A stretch of DNA of 64,000 nucleotides from contig CBDBCY010000001.1 of NCBI GenBank assembly GCA_965203555.1, positions 1 to 64,000 of the forward strand. Reading direction: 5' to 3'. How positions within the stretch are numbered: the stretch's first letter is position 1; each line of letters begins with the position of its first letter. Shown in pieces: positions 1 to 11,127 of the stretch. The DNA comes from Acidimicrobiia bacterium (GTDB taxonomy: Bacteria > Actinomycetota > Acidimicrobiia > Spongiisociales > ZC4RG35). The notes beneath the pieces are model-generated. The model was not told the origin of the DNA. It saw nothing but the letters and a program-made list of their open reading frames with translations, and searched no databases. A program made the position numbers and the translations under genes.

Positions 1-2120
1 CTGAGCTTGCCCCGGTCCATCCCTTCCACGACCACTTTCACCTTCTGGCCTTGGGACAAGTAGTCCTCCACCCGGTTCACCCGTCGATCGGGATCGAGCT
101 TGGAGATGTGCAACAGGCCGTCGCGTCCGGGCAGGATATTGACGAAGGCACCGAAGGTGGTGATATTGACCACCTCTCCCTCGTACTCCTTGCCTTCCTC
201 GGGCTGGGGTGGGAAGGCGATGAGGTTGATCTTCTCCTTGGCCGCCGCCAGGGCGACACCGTCGGCCGAAGCCACCCGCACGATTCCCTTGCCTTCGGTC
301 TCCTCGATTTCGATGGAAACGCCGGTCTCCTCTTCGAGTTCCCGCACCATCTTTCCTTTGGGACCGATCACTTCACCGATCTTGTCCTTGGGTATTTCGA
401 TGGCTTCGATGCGCGGTGTCCACTCCTTGAGTTCGGAGCGCGGCTCGGAAATCACCTTGTTCATCTCCTCCAGAATGAAGAGACGGGCGTCCCGTGCCTG
501 GGAGAGGGCTTGGCTCAACACCTCAGTGGGCAGACCTGCGATCTTGGTGTCCAATTGGAGGGCGGTGATCATCTCCGCAGTTCCCGCCACTTTGAAGTCC
601 ATGTCTCCCATGAAATCCTCGTCACCGATGATGTCGGTGAGGGTCACGTACTCTCCATCCTGGTAGATCAGGCCCATGGCGATTCCGGCCACCGACCCGA
701 TGATGGGCACGCCGGCGTCCATCAGGGAAAGCGTGGAGGAACAGACCGCAGCCATCGAGGTGGAACCGTTGGAGGAAAGAACTTCCGAGACCAGCCGCAG
801 AGCGTAGGGAAAGTCCTCCGGTCCGGGAACCACCGGCAGCAGCGCCTTCTCCGCCAGGGCGCCGTGCCCGATCTCCCGCCGCTTCGGGCCCCGCATGAAT
901 CCCGCCTCACCGGTGGAGAACGGCGGGAAGTTGTAGTGGTGCATATACCGCTTACCCTCTTCTATCCCCAGGTCGTCGAGCATCTGCTCCATTCTCAACA
1001 TGCCTAGCGTGGAGATGTTGAGCACCTGCGTCTCGCCCCTTTGGAACAGGCCCGATCCGTGGGTGCGCTCCACGGTACCCACTTCGATGGTGAGCGGACG
1101 GATGTCGGTCGGCGCACGCCCATCAAGGCGGACACCCTCGTGAACCACTCTCTTTCGCATGGTGGACTTGAGGGCTTTCTTGAAGGCCTTCTTGGCCTGG
1201 GAAGCAAGTTCGGGATCGTCGGAACTCACCGCGGCCACGGTCTCGTCGCGAAGCGTCCGCTCCAATGCGGATCGCTGTCGCCGATCCGCAGTCCTGACCA
1301 ATTTCTCCAACCCGGCCCGAGCGGCTTCGGACACCTTCTCCATCACCTCGGGCGAGAAGTCGGAGACCGAGGGCCACTCCAAGGCAGGAGGACTCACCAT
1401 GGCCGCCAATTCCAACTGCAGATCGATGCTCTCGGAGATAATGACTTTGGCTCGGGCAAGTCCCTCCACCACCGCCGCTTCGTCACTTGGCGCATCACCT
1501 TCGGCCACCAGGCGAACGCCGGCGGGCGAGGCGCCTGCCTCCACCATCATCACGTCGATATCCCCCGACTCGTTGCGTCGACCCGCAACGGTTATCTCAA
1601 ACACGCCCTCGGCGATTTGCTGATGCGTGGGGAAGGGAATCCACTCGCCCTTCACGAGTGACAGACGGGCAGCGCCGATCGGACCCCGGAAGGGAATGGG
1701 GCTCACCGAGAGTGCGGCCGAGGCGCCGATCAGGGCAAGGATGTCGAAGGGGTTCTCCCCGTCGATGGAAAGGGGCATGGCCACTACCTGGGTCTCACAC
1801 CGAAACCCCTCTGCGAAGGATGGGCGAAGCGCCCTGTCGATCAAACGACAACTGAGAATCGCGCCCTCGCTGGGACGGCCTTCCCGTCGGAAGAAGGACC
1901 CCGGTATGCGTCCTGCCGCATACATGCGCTCTTCCACGTCCACGGTAAGCGGAAAAAAGTCGATTCCCTCCCGTACATCCTGGTTTGCGGTGGCTGTTAC
2001 CAGTAATTCCACCCCTCCAAGTCGGAGCACTACGGCTCCATGGGCCGAAATGGCCAGTTTGCCGGTGCTGAGGGTGAATTGCTTTCCACCCACCATCCCG
2101 GTAACGATATGTTCAGACAA
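1..2120 (-). CDS. pnp: polyribonucleotide nucleotidyltransferase (PNPase); 3' end runs off the window
   Basis: Manual minus-strand translation gives DFFPLTVDVEERMYAAGRIPGSFFRREGRP and HYNFPPFSTGEAGFMRGPKRREIGHGALAE; TTG start at 2120 after GAGGAG; lies downstream of rpsO. Absent from the ORF track because the stop is outside the window. Confidence 0.97.
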   Translation of the reverse strand, partial: MSEHIVTGMVGGKQFTLSTGKLAISAHGAVVLRLGGVELLVTATANQDVREGIDFFPLTVDVEERMYAAGRIPGSFFRREGRPSEGAILSCRLIDRALRPSFAEGFRCETQVVAMPLSIDGENPFDILALIGASAALSVSPIPFRGPIGAARLSLVKGEWIPFPTHQQIAEGVFEITVAGRRNESGDIDVMMVEAGASPAGVRLVAEGDAPSDEAAVVEGLARAKVIISESIDLQLELAAMVSPPALEWPSVSDFSPEVMEKVSEAARAGLEKLVRTADRRQRSALERTLRDETVAAVSSDDPELASQAKKAFKKALKSTMRKRVVHEGVRLDGRAPTDIRPLTIEVGTVERTHGSGLFQRGETQVLNISTLGMLRMEQMLDDLGIEEGKRYMHHYNFPPFSTGEAGFMRGPKRREIGHGALAEKALLPVVPGPEDFPYALRLVSEVLSSNGSTSMAAVCSSTLSLMDAGVPIIGSVAGIAMGLIYQDGEYVTLTDIIGDEDFMGDMDFKVAGTAEMITALQLDTKIAGLPTEVLSQALSQARDARLFILEEMNKVISEPRSELKEWTPRIEAIEIPKDKIGEVIGPKGKMVRELEEETGVSIEIEETEGKGIVRVASADGVALAAAKEKINLIAFPPQPEEGKEYEGEVVNITTFGAFVNILPGRDGLLHISKLDPDRRVNRVEDYLSQGQKVKVVVEGMDRGKL

Positions 2121-2175
2121 GATTGCTCCTCAATACGTCAAACGGTCTACCGTGCGCAGCTGAGTACGCAGGGCG

Positions 2176-2433
2176 TTATCTACGGAGTCCCAGGGAGGCG
2201 ATAAGCCGACGATACCGGTCCACATCCTGATTGCGCAGGTATTTGAGCAGACGGCGACGCTTGCCCACCATCTTCAGCAGACCCCGACGACTGTGATGGT
2301 CGTGTTTGTGGGTCTTGAGATGCCCGGTCAAGTGTTGGATCCGCTCGGTCAATACGGCCACCTGCACCTCTGGTGAACCGGTGTCCGTGTCGTGCGCACC
2401 AAATTCAGAAACCAATTCAGATGTAGTTCTCAA
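2176..2433 (-). CDS. rpsO: 30S ribosomal protein S15
   Basis: [16 protein letters not shown]...[22 protein letters not shown]; TTG start at 2433 chosen by expected length. Confidence 0.97.
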   Translation of the reverse strand: MRTTSELVSEFGAHDTDTGSPEVQVAVLTERIQHLTGHLKTHKHDHHSRRGLLKMVGKRRRLLKYLRNQDVDRYRRLIASLGLRR

Positions 2434-2535
2434 AGGGTACCCCTTGGCATGAAACAGGGTCCGGGCGCACCAAAACACCCGACCCGATTTGCTTAAAGCA
2501 CATTCTAACACCGACCGGGCGTTTCTCCTATTCCA

Positions 2536-3498
2536 TTATCCCGCACCGACGCCCAGCAGTCGGCGCACGTCTACGATGTCCTGATCCACCTGAGCAAGCA
2601 ACTCGTCCACCGAGGCGTAGGCGACCTCCGGCCGGATGCGGTCACCGATGAAGCGCAGCCTCATCTCCTTGTAATACAGATCGCCGGAGAAGTCCAGAAG
2701 ATGGGCCTCCACCAGCAATCGTCCTTCTCCGAACGTGGGCCTGATCCCGACGTTGAGAGCCGCAGGATAGACCTGCCCGTCGACCTGCGCCCAGGCCGCG
2801 TAAATGCCGTTCAGAGGTATCAGCATGCGGGAGGGGATGTCCAGATTGGCGGTGGGTATGCCGAGTTTCCTTCCTCGGCGATCCCCTTCGATCACCCGGC
2901 CCCGCAGTTCGAACGGCCTGCCCAACAGGCGGGCAGCCTCGGCGGTGCGCCCTTCCGTAATGCAGCGGCGGATCCGCGAGGAGGTGATGGGGACCTCATC
3001 CGAATCGCGTGAGGACCCGTCTCCGAGCAGGTCCATCACTTTCACCGAGAAACCGTGGACCAATCCTGCCCGGCGAAGGGTTTCGGGCGATCCCGTCCCG
3101 CCTCTGCCGAATTGGAAGTTTTCCCCCACCACGACCAACTTCGCCTTCAGTCTCCCCAACAGCACCTCGGTTGTGAATTCATGTGCTTCGATCTCCCGGA
3201 TCCGGGGAAACGGCATCACTCCCGTCACCCCCATTCCCATTTCCTCGAGTATCTGTAGGCGGTGTTCGATGGAAGTCAGCATCTTGGGCGCTTTGTCAGG
3301 CGCCAAGACTTCCAGCGGATGCGGATCGAAAGTGGCCACCCCCGGAGTGAGTCCCGACTTCTCCGCGTCGACCATCAGTCGGAACAGAAGACTCTGATGG
3401 CCTCGGTGGACACCATCGAACACCCCTATCGAGAGCGCCAACCCGGTCACCCACGACGGCATGCGCCATCGCAACGGCGAGCCGTGCAAGACAATCAA
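2536..3498 (-). CDS. ribF: bifunctional riboflavin kinase/FAD synthetase
   Basis: IGVFDGVHRGHQ, GRKLGIPTANL, NVGIRPTF, VEAHLLDF; conserved ribF-rpsO-pnp order. Confidence 0.96.
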   Translation of the reverse strand: MIVLHGSPLRWRMPSWVTGLALSIGVFDGVHRGHQSLLFRLMVDAEKSGLTPGVATFDPHPLEVLAPDKAPKMLTSIEHRLQILEEMGMGVTGVMPFPRIREIEAHEFTTEVLLGRLKAKLVVVGENFQFGRGGTGSPETLRRAGLVHGFSVKVMDLLGDGSSRDSDEVPITSSRIRRCITEGRTAEAARLLGRPFELRGRVIEGDRRGRKLGIPTANLDIPSRMLIPLNGIYAAWAQVDGQVYPAALNVGIRPTFGEGRLLVEAHLLDFSGDLYYKEMRLRFIGDRIRPEVAYASVDELLAQVDQDIVDVRRLLGVGAG

Positions 3499-3610
3499 CT
3501 GTTAGTCCCGTGCACCGGTTGCCATACCTCTAAAGATTACGGGATTGGAAGGGACCCGGTTCCAACTCGACTACACAAGGATGGCCGCATGGATATCATC
3601 AGAGTCTGAA

Positions 3611-4174
3611 ATGGCGGAGCAAATCAGGATCGTCGGCATGTCGGGAAGCCTTCGCCGAGGCTCGTTCAACAGCGCCCTGCTGAGACTGGCGCCCCAGGTG
3701 GTTCCCCGCAACGCCGAATTGGAACTCGTCTCCCTGGCCGACATTCCCCTGTACAACGGGGATGTGGAGGATGCGGGAATGCCGGCGCCGGTGGCCGAGT
3801 TCCGAGCCAGGCTCGCCGCGGCGGACGCCCTGCTCCTGTCCACCCCCGAATACAATTCCTCGATCCCGGCGGTGCTCAAGAATGCCATCGACTGGGCTTC
3901 GCGAGGCCCTAACTCGCCGCTTCGGGGAAAGACCGCCGCCCTCATGGGAGGAGGAGGGGGTTTCGGCAGTCACCGCGCCCAGTCCCACCTGCGAGATGTA
4001 CTGCGCAACACCGGGGTCTTCGAGTTGCCCGCCCCTCCGGTGAAGGTGCGCAACATCTGGGACAAATTCGACGAGAACCTCGATCTGCGGGAGCCTCGGG
4101 TTCTCCTACAGGTGGAAAGACTGCTTCGGGCGCTGGTGTCCTGGACCCTTGCCCTGCGCGGTCACCGGCGATAA
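3611..4174 (+). CDS. NAD(P)H-dependent FMN reductase
   Basis: GSLRRGSFNSALL and TPEYNSSIPAVLKNAIDWASR motifs. Confidence 0.92.
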   Translation: MAEQIRIVGMSGSLRRGSFNSALLRLAPQVVPRNAELELVSLADIPLYNGDVEDAGMPAPVAEFRARLAAADALLLSTPEYNSSIPAVLKNAIDWASRGPNSPLRGKTAALMGGGGGFGSHRAQSHLRDVLRNTGVFELPAPPVKVRNIWDKFDENLDLREPRVLLQVERLLRALVSWTLALRGHRR

Positions 4175-4208
4175 TCAGCGCCGACGGCGGGGCCCCGACC
4201 GGCGGGAG

Positions 4209-6188
4209 CTACTGGTAGCTGACGAAATAGACAGTCGGTTTCAGATCCAGAACCTGCTGGGGCTTGGGAGTGGGAAAGTCCTCATCGAAGAAATTCTTCC
4301 ATCCCCACCACCACTCGCGATCCTCCGTGTTCCTGGTGATGACGTTCCAGGTGCTGTATTTGGCGCCCAAACCTCCCTGACCGTCCATGTGGATCATCAC
4401 CGCCAACTCGGGCGGGGTCCTGATCAGATCTCGATTGGGGATCATGTCGGTGCGGAATTGGTGGACTATCAATAGCTTCTGGGGCAGCCTCTCTCTTCTG
4501 ACCAAGTCGGCCAGCCAATCGACCACCGTGTTGACCTCGGAACCGTCCACCGAGCCTATCTGGATCAGGTGCACCTCGTTGGGGCCCAGACGCCACTCGG
4601 GATCGAGCGCCAAACCCACATGGGGAAGCTTGAGCAGTTCCTCGTACTGCTTGGCCTGGCTGAGGAAGTCGCTTCGCCCCGGCTGCAGGTCCAACACCAC
4701 GTAGGCGCCGTTCTGGGCGGCGTACTCCACCCATGGCATCACGGTGTCGATCTTGTACTCTCCCGAATAGTCGCCGTCCGCTCCGGCCGCGCTGGTGGCC
4801 AGGGTGGTGATAATCTCGAAGGTCGGGATTGTCATGATCCCGTCGGCGGCGTAGTCCTCCAGATACGGCGCCAGGCGCTTCACGGTCTCCGCCGGTCTTT
4901 GTTCCCCCAGCACTCCCAACTTACTGCTGTTGACGGCGCCGTAGAAGGCCACCAGGCGCCGGTGGGGAAACAGGATGTGTCCTCCGCCGGGCAATTCTTC
5001 TCCCCACAGCGTCGTCTCCAGCAGCCACCTTTCGGATTCGGGCATCTCCCCCACGATCCACATCTCCTCCATCTCCTCGACCTGCCCGACAAGGGGACGG
5101 ACGGCTTCCTCCAAGACCGCTTCCTCTTCGGGATCCCAGTAGACAGCCCCCTCTCCCAAATCGTATGCGGCGGCGGCGACCACCAATCCGGAGAAGGGCA
5201 GGTCGGGATCCACCGCCCACAGACGGGGAGAACGCAGGGGCCGGGTGGAGGTTCCCATGACGAGGCCGTCGGAAGGCGGCGCCGAAGGCGGTGAGAACGG
5301 GGAGAGAACCATGCCCAGTCCCCCGCCCATCATGACCAGGGAGTGCAGGGACCGGTGATCGGAGACCGGGAAGTAACCGGTGCCCACCGTCGGGTGAAAG
5401 AACTCGATCCATCCCATCAGATCTTCCAGTCGCGAAGGCAATCGAACCACTTCAGTCCCGGCGGGGGCCAAGGACCGGGGCACCCCCGCCATCATCCAAA
5501 TCTGTCTGGGCGCCAGTCGCTCCAGTTCCGCCGCCAGTTCTTCCTGCCAGGGTGATTCCGACAGGTAGTAGAGGAAAGGAGCGCTCTGGAGAACGGCCAG
5601 TTGAGCGGCGACCGCCGCCGTATGGAGATCCGCCGGATGGGCCACTATCACATGGTCGGCGCAGGGGTACAGCCTCTGGGAGACGGCAATGGCGAGAGAG
5701 GCCGGATTGCCCCCGTCCAGTTCCACCACCTGCGGAGAAGACGACTCTCCGCTATTGGCGCCGGGAGACGCCGCTTCGCAGGTCCTGGTCGGGTCGAAGG
5801 CGGCAATCGGCGGAGGGACATAGACCATTTCTGTCGGCGGTTGAGCAGTCGAAGTTGCGGTGGAGGCAGGGGACGGGGGAACCGCGATGACTCGGGAGGC
5901 TGCGGACGCGGTGGTGACGGGAGGTAACGAGACGGAAGCCCCCGGAGATGGGGAGGGGTTTTCCGGCGACGGACCTTCCGTCTGAAAGGCGGATCCCGAG
6001 TTGACCGCGTCGGCGGCCTTGGACAGAGAGGCGCCCATTGGGCCGGGATGGTCGTTGGCGGCGCCGAGAATCATGAAGGCGACCGCCACCATCGCAATCG
6101 CCGCCGGAGTACCGAGGCCGCTCGCTAACCGACGCCTGGGAACTGTGGCTCTATGCATCAGACTCCCTGCCGACGAGTGACTCATCAA
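4209..6188 (-). CDS. exported protein with Pro/Ser-rich linker, cell-wall-binding-like region and conserved actinobacterial C-terminal domain
   Basis: 659-aa ORF; N-terminal TM segment; RRLVAFYG...LDLQPGRSDF...VGLALDPEW...LIVHQF motifs. Confidence 0.7.
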   Translation of the reverse strand: MMSHSSAGSLMHRATVPRRRLASGLGTPAAIAMVAVAFMILGAANDHPGPMGASLSKAADAVNSGSAFQTEGPSPENPSPSPGASVSLPPVTTASAASRVIAVPPSPASTATSTAQPPTEMVYVPPPIAAFDPTRTCEAASPGANSGESSSPQVVELDGGNPASLAIAVSQRLYPCADHVIVAHPADLHTAAVAAQLAVLQSAPFLYYLSESPWQEELAAELERLAPRQIWMMAGVPRSLAPAGTEVVRLPSRLEDLMGWIEFFHPTVGTGYFPVSDHRSLHSLVMMGGGLGMVLSPFSPPSAPPSDGLVMGTSTRPLRSPRLWAVDPDLPFSGLVVAAAAYDLGEGAVYWDPEEEAVLEEAVRPLVGQVEEMEEMWIVGEMPESERWLLETTLWGEELPGGGHILFPHRRLVAFYGAVNSSKLGVLGEQRPAETVKRLAPYLEDYAADGIMTIPTFEIITTLATSAAGADGDYSGEYKIDTVMPWVEYAAQNGAYVVLDLQPGRSDFLSQAKQYEELLKLPHVGLALDPEWRLGPNEVHLIQIGSVDGSEVNTVVDWLADLVRRERLPQKLLIVHQFRTDMIPNRDLIRTPPELAVMIHMDGQGGLGAKYSTWNVITRNTEDREWWWGWKNFFDEDFPTPKPQQVLDLKPTVYFVSYQ

Positions 6189-6581
6189 GCATGCTCAGGG
6201 CGCAACTGTCCGATCAGGGGCATAGGAAGTGGAACCAAGGCTAGGAGAACATCATGCCGAATCGCGGTAACCACCAAGCGCCGCGCCCACCTTCATGGGA
6301 ATGTGACGGTTTGGTCCACGCGATTCCAACAACGTTTACGGCGGGGCGCCCCCAAGGCGCCCCGGATCCGTGGGCCCCGACCGGCGAAGTGCGGGGCCGC
6401 CCGGCCAATCCGAGATGTATGAAAAGGCGAGAGCCCTATGGGGTGTTGACCACCATCCCTTGCCTGCACCGTGCAGGCACTTCGGGATAGAGACCACCTT
6501 GGCAACAGAGGTCCGTCGCTTTTCCATCACCCACTATCCTCGGTCACCAGCAGGTATGTCCAACTCACGGAGGGGATGTAG

Positions 6582-7316
6582 ATGACAGCGACACCCCAGA
6601 ACAAAATAGGCGGTCTGTTGCTGGTCATCGGCACGTCCTTGGTGCTCGTTACAGGCTTGCTGACTCCTGGCCTGGCGGTAATCGACTTTGTGGATGCGGA
6701 CGACTTCATCGGTATGGGCCGGGTCATACAGGAGAACGTGGCACTCAGTTTCTCCACCACCATGCTGGGAGTGCTCGGGTTTATCCTGCAGCTTTACGGA
6801 GTCCTGGTCTTACGCCGAATGGCAATGGGAGAAGGCGCCATCGATACCATCGCCAGATTCGGATCCATGGCTCTCGGATTGGGAGTTGTCATCTCCGTAA
6901 TTGACCGGGCAGCGCTGTACACGGCCACCCACACCCTGGTATACGGCATCGGCGCAGGCACCGGACCCGATCAGTCACAGCTGTTGGACCTTGTTGCCAT
7001 AATCCTGCTGAAAACGCAAGCCGGACTAAACCTGATGGCGTTTTATGCCTTCCTTCTGGGAACCATCGCACTAGGTGTGGGTTTTTTGACCAGAACCCGT
7101 TCCGCCTCTCAAAAGGCTGTCGCGGTCCTCACAGTCCTGGCCTGTCTGGTATCACTGGTATTCGTCGCCGTGATCAGCCCCTTCTACGGCGTGGCCAGCT
7201 CTTTTTTCCTGCTATTCGCCGCAGGAGCTCTGCTGGGAAACATTTGGCTCATCATGCTGGGGACCGGCCTTTACAGAGGAACCCTGGAACATTTGAATAC
7301 CAGCGACTCGGATTAG
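6582..7316 (+). CDS. integral membrane protein, function unknown
   Basis: 244 aa with about 6 hydrophobic helices; GGAGG RBS. Confidence 0.7.
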   Translation: MTATPQNKIGGLLLVIGTSLVLVTGLLTPGLAVIDFVDADDFIGMGRVIQENVALSFSTTMLGVLGFILQLYGVLVLRRMAMGEGAIDTIARFGSMALGLGVVISVIDRAALYTATHTLVYGIGAGTGPDQSQLLDLVAIILLKTQAGLNLMAFYAFLLGTIALGVGFLTRTRSASQKAVAVLTVLACLVSLVFVAVISPFYGVASSFFLLFAAGALLGNIWLIMLGTGLYRGTLEHLNTSDSD

Positions 7317-7861
7317 CGAAGATTCAATTCGGGACACATGCGTCCAAATGTGCCGTGGTGTGCCCCAGTATTCATGTTTCATAGGTATTGCACAGCGGTC
7401 AGACCCGCCCCGGAACTGGGGAGCACCTATCAGTTATGAGTCGAATGAGGCTTAGTTATGGGACTGTCCCTCCGGCTATCGCCTTCCCTCCCGTGCTGAT
7501 CCAGTACTCAACTGAAGGCCGGCATGAACAGAGAAAACCCCATGGCAACTCTGCGAGGTCGGGGTTTTGCAAAACAGAAAACCTTTCCATTCGAATCTTG
7601 ATTCATCGGGATGGATAGTGTCCGGATCAAGCAAGGTCAAGACCGGCGCCAGCGAGCAGTGGAGATCCTTCGACTGGCGACTCGAAGGTTGGGACGCTGA
7701 ACGCATGACGTCAAATGGCAGAAAACCTGGTACTTTACCTTTTTTCGATGTCATTTCTTATAATCAACCTCCGCATAACATCGACAGTTTCCAATACAGC
7801 TAACAGATCGACAAGGTGGCAAACCCCGCTCCGCAAGCCAGCGGCTATCTCTGAAAGCAGT

Positions 7862-7894
7862 ACGATTCACTTTGTAACACGATTCACTTTGTAA
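7862..7894. promoter_or_regulatory. perfect 16-bp direct repeat ACGATTCACTTTGTAA x2, possible operator
   Basis: Copies at 7862-7877 and 7879-7894, upstream of the PAS-LuxR gene. Confidence 0.5.
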
Positions 7895-7981
7895 GATGTT
7901 ATTCTTTCCCGCCCCATGTCGAGCACATCAGAAAGATCCCATTCTCCTCTGTCCGGCCGATGATTCGCGTCAGGTGGACCA

Positions 7982-8653
7982 ATGACGCAGAGTGAGATTC
8001 TTCGAATACTGACAAAAGCGGAGTGCGGCGCCTATGTGATGTCACTGGATCAAACCATCCTTTTCTGGAACGAAGGCGCCGAGCGAATCCTTGGCTATCG
8101 ATCCGATGAAGTCCTCGGTCGAAGGTGCTACGAGATGATGACAGGACTGCTTCCCGGAGGTTTCAATCCCGCATGTCTGCACGGTTGTCCTTCAATCCGC
8201 GCAATCAGGGCCGGGCTGGTTCCCACGCAACTCACCATGCGGATACTCTGCGCGTCGGGGGAAGAAAAGACAGCTTCTCTGACTCCCTTGGTGGTTGCAG
8301 GCTCCGAAAACGACGAACCGCTGCTCGTGCACCTGTTGGACGACCGTCCCAAACCAAGAGAGAGCGACCGCATCCCTGCAGAACTCAAGAGCGAATTACG
8401 AAAACGGGGCGCCGACATCGTCTCGGACCACCCCGTCACCCTATCAGACGAGGAGAGAGTCCAGAAGCTGACCCACAGGGAATTGGAGGTACTTCGCCTG
8501 GTGTCACAGGGTTGGAAAGTTCTTCGCATCGCAGAAGAACTGGGCATTAGTCCGCACACGGTTAGGAACCACATTCGCAATCTCCGCCAGAGGCTCAATG
8601 CCAAAACCAAGCTGGATGCCGTCATGACAGCCATCCGAGTGGGCATCCTGTAA
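7982..8653 (+). CDS. PAS-domain LuxR-family transcriptional regulator
   Basis: PAS motif ILFWNEGAERILGY; C-terminal LTHRELEVLRL...IAEELGISPHTVRNHI HTH. Confidence 0.92.
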   Translation: MTQSEILRILTKAECGAYVMSLDQTILFWNEGAERILGYRSDEVLGRRCYEMMTGLLPGGFNPACLHGCPSIRAIRAGLVPTQLTMRILCASGEEKTASLTPLVVAGSENDEPLLVHLLDDRPKPRESDRIPAELKSELRKRGADIVSDHPVTLSDEERVQKLTHRELEVLRLVSQGWKVLRIAEELGISPHTVRNHIRNLRQRLNAKTKLDAVMTAIRVGIL

Positions 8654-9011
8654 CGAATCCGACCTTTAGGGAACCGGACTTCCCAAACGAACTGGACCGG
8701 ACTGCCGGCAATCGTAGGTACCCGGAAAGCGCCACTTCCAGCACCCGGTCGGACCCTGCACTTGCAGATCGGGCATCATCTCAACCTATGGCGGTATGGA
8801 TAAGACGAACAGACTCGTTTGCGAACCGGAGGGGCCATCAAGCAGAACCGCAGCCCGCAAGAAGGAGCGGAACCATGAGATTGTTGACAACCGCGCGTTC
8901 TTCCGCCGCAAAGATCTGAAGTAGTATCAGCGTTGATCCGGCTTGGGTTTTCGGAGACCGTCGGGGAGCCAGCGTCGAGATCACCGGATACGCGGTCTGA
9001 GAGGAACGGAC

Positions 9012-10187
9012 ATGTTGGATATAGATCCAGTGGTAGTGGTTGGGGCGGCTCGAACCGCCATAGGAACATACGGAGGATCCCTGAGCGGAATCGACGCCTA
9101 CAAACTCGGCGCAGTCACGATAAAAGAGTCGCTGAGTCGGGCCGGGGTCGAGCCCGAGGAGGTCGACGAGGTGGTCATGGGCCAGATCGGCCAGGTGGGT
9201 CCCGACGCCTACAACGCGCGGCGTTGCGCACTGGAGGCCGGCCTTCCTACCTCCACCACCGCCATGAACGTGAACCGACTCTGCTCATCCGGCCTGCAGG
9301 CGATCATCACCGGCGCCCAACAGGTCATGCTGGGATCGGCGGACATAGTGGTCGCCGGGGGGGACGAGAACATGAGCAGTCAGCCGTTCCTGGACTACCA
9401 GGCCCGTGACGGTTGGAAGCTGGGTCCCAGGAAGATCATCGACGGAACCCTGTCGTTGGTGAGCGACCCCTTCGGCGGCTATCCGATGGGCGCCACGGCC
9501 GAGAAGGTAGCCGACCGTTACGACATAACCCGCGAGATGCAGGACGAGTTCGCCGCCGAAAGCCAGCGCCGCGCCGCAATCGCCATCAAGGACGGCCTGT
9601 TCGAGGATGACATCGTCGGTGTGGATCGCCCCCGGGACAACCCGTTCCTCGTCGACGAACACCCCCGGCCGAACACCACCGTGGAAACCCTGGCCCGCCT
9701 GCGTCCCGTCTTTGCAAAAGGCGGTTCGGTAACGGCAGGTAACTCTTCTGGAATTAACGACGGCGCCGCCTCGATGGTCCTGATGAGCGAGAAGACAGCC
9801 GAGGCCCGCGGCGCCCAACCCCTGCTGCGCCTGGTGGCCTGGGCGGTCAGCGGCATCGATCCGGAGGTGATGGGCTACGCACCCGCGCTCGCCGTTCCAA
9901 AGGTGCTCGAAAAGGCCGGTCTCACCCTCGACGACATCGACCTGATCGAATTAAACGAGGCGTTCGCAGCCCAAGCGGTGGCGGTAATCCGCGACGCCGG
10001 CCTCGACCCCGAGAAGACCAACATTGACGGAGGCGCCATCGCGCTCGGTCACCCGGTCGGCGCCACAGGAGCGATCCTTACGATCAAACTGATGAGAGCA
10101 CTGGAGCGCATAGACGGCCGCCGCGGCATCGTCACCATGTGCATCGGCGGAGGCCAGGGCATGGCAGCCATCTTCGAACGCCCCTGA
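9012..10187 (+). CDS. acetyl-CoA C-acyltransferase (thiolase)
   Basis: [51 protein letters not shown]. Confidence 0.96.
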   Translation: MLDIDPVVVVGAARTAIGTYGGSLSGIDAYKLGAVTIKESLSRAGVEPEEVDEVVMGQIGQVGPDAYNARRCALEAGLPTSTTAMNVNRLCSSGLQAIITGAQQVMLGSADIVVAGGDENMSSQPFLDYQARDGWKLGPRKIIDGTLSLVSDPFGGYPMGATAEKVADRYDITREMQDEFAAESQRRAAIAIKDGLFEDDIVGVDRPRDNPFLVDEHPRPNTTVETLARLRPVFAKGGSVTAGNSSGINDGAASMVLMSEKTAEARGAQPLLRLVAWAVSGIDPEVMGYAPALAVPKVLEKAGLTLDDIDLIELNEAFAAQAVAVIRDAGLDPEKTNIDGGAIALGHPVGATGAILTIKLMRALERIDGRRGIVTMCIGGGQGMAAIFERP

Positions 10188-10265
10188 CTGCTGCTAGAAG
10201 CCCAATTGATGACGTAGGTGTGTGGAAGGGCCTGTGCCCGAGTTTGGACAATGCGACAGGTCACC

Positions 10266-10296
10266 TTGACAATCTGCCTTTAACTGTGTACAGTTA
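10266..10296 (+). promoter_or_regulatory. TA promoter with palindromic operator
   Basis: TTGACA (10266)-17 nt-TACAGT (10289), overlapped by palindrome TAACTGT-GT-ACAGTTA. Confidence 0.7.
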
Positions 10297-10326
10297 TTGC
10301 AATCGCAAACTCAGGAGATCTCTTCG

Positions 10327-10566
10327 ATGACTCCAACGCCACTCACCCAGGCTCGCAATCGTCTCAGCGAGATCGTGGACGAGGTGACAGCCACTGGATC
10401 CGAATTCGTAATCACCCTACACGGAAAGCCAGCCGCAGTGGTCATGGGTTACGAGGACTACGAGTCCCTAATCGAGACACTCAACATCCTCTCTGACACC
10501 GAAGCCATGAAGGCGTTGACCGAAGCCGAGGATGATCTCGCTGCGGAGCGCCTGGTCAACCTGTGA
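10327..10566 (+). CDS. Phd/YefM-family antitoxin
   Basis: LTQARNRLSEIVDEV...ITLHGKPAAVVMGYEDYESLIETL. Confidence 0.92.
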   Translation: MTPTPLTQARNRLSEIVDEVTATGSEFVITLHGKPAAVVMGYEDYESLIETLNILSDTEAMKALTEAEDDLAAERLVNL

Positions 10567-10579
10567 TCAGCCCGGTCCC

Positions 10580-10822
10580 ATGCCCAGGCTGACCAACCGG
10601 GCCAGAAAGGACTTCGACAAGCTACTTCCCACACTTTCCGGTAAGGCTCGGGAAATCATGAAACGCTTGGACAACCAACCACATATGGGAAAGAAGCTCA
10701 TGGGACCCCTGCGAGGCAAGCGTTCTACTCGCCTGGGCCGTTCCCACCGCATCATTTACACACTTGTCGACGGTGAGGTGATCGTGCTCACGATTACGCC
10801 AAGAAGGGATGCCTATCGGTGA
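10580..10822 (+). CDS. RelE/ParE-family toxin
   Basis: GKKLMGPLRGKRSTRLGRSHRIIY...RRDAYR, directly after the Phd gene. Confidence 0.88.
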   Translation: MPRLTNRARKDFDKLLPTLSGKAREIMKRLDNQPHMGKKLMGPLRGKRSTRLGRSHRIIYTLVDGEVIVLTITPRRDAYR

Positions 10823-11127
10823 CGGGAAACAGGATCAAACGGCAGCAGAGAGATGATCTTCTTGGCCAGGTCAGGGGGCAGGTGGGAAAGAGTCTCTTCC
10901 GGCTGGTGATCCGATAGCAGAGCGAGCCGCGGGGCCGACACATGAAGTGGTCAGCCCCAAGTTACTTTGATCTGGGTTTCGAGAGAACTCTGACAGAAAA
11001 TGGCGTCCGCAACCCTCGCCACCCGCTCGAAGTCCTCGGGAGCAGGGGCCTCACCGTGAACATTCCCCAACGTCACGTCGGGATCCTCCGAGAGTCCGAC
11101 TATCTCTTCGTAATCTAGCTTCGTCAC
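10813..11127 (-). pseudogene. orphan MgtE-N-like putative antitoxin, copy A, with in-frame TGA at 10951-10953
   Basis: VTKLDYEEIVGLSEDPDVT...SSLETQIKVTWG*PLHVSAPRLALLSD...LPPDLAKKIISLLP aligns end to end with 14339-14641; no partner gene downstream. Confidence 0.8.

Noticed and set aside
51-2163. Plus-strand ORFs 51-1007, 1041-1661 and 1627-2163
   Set aside because: Antisense shadows of pnp, common in high-GC DNA.
10951-10953. In-frame TGA in module copy A as selenocysteine
   Set aside because: Aligns to Met or Thr rather than Cys in paralogs, no redox motif, and the promoter and partner gene are also lost; nonsense mutation is simpler.
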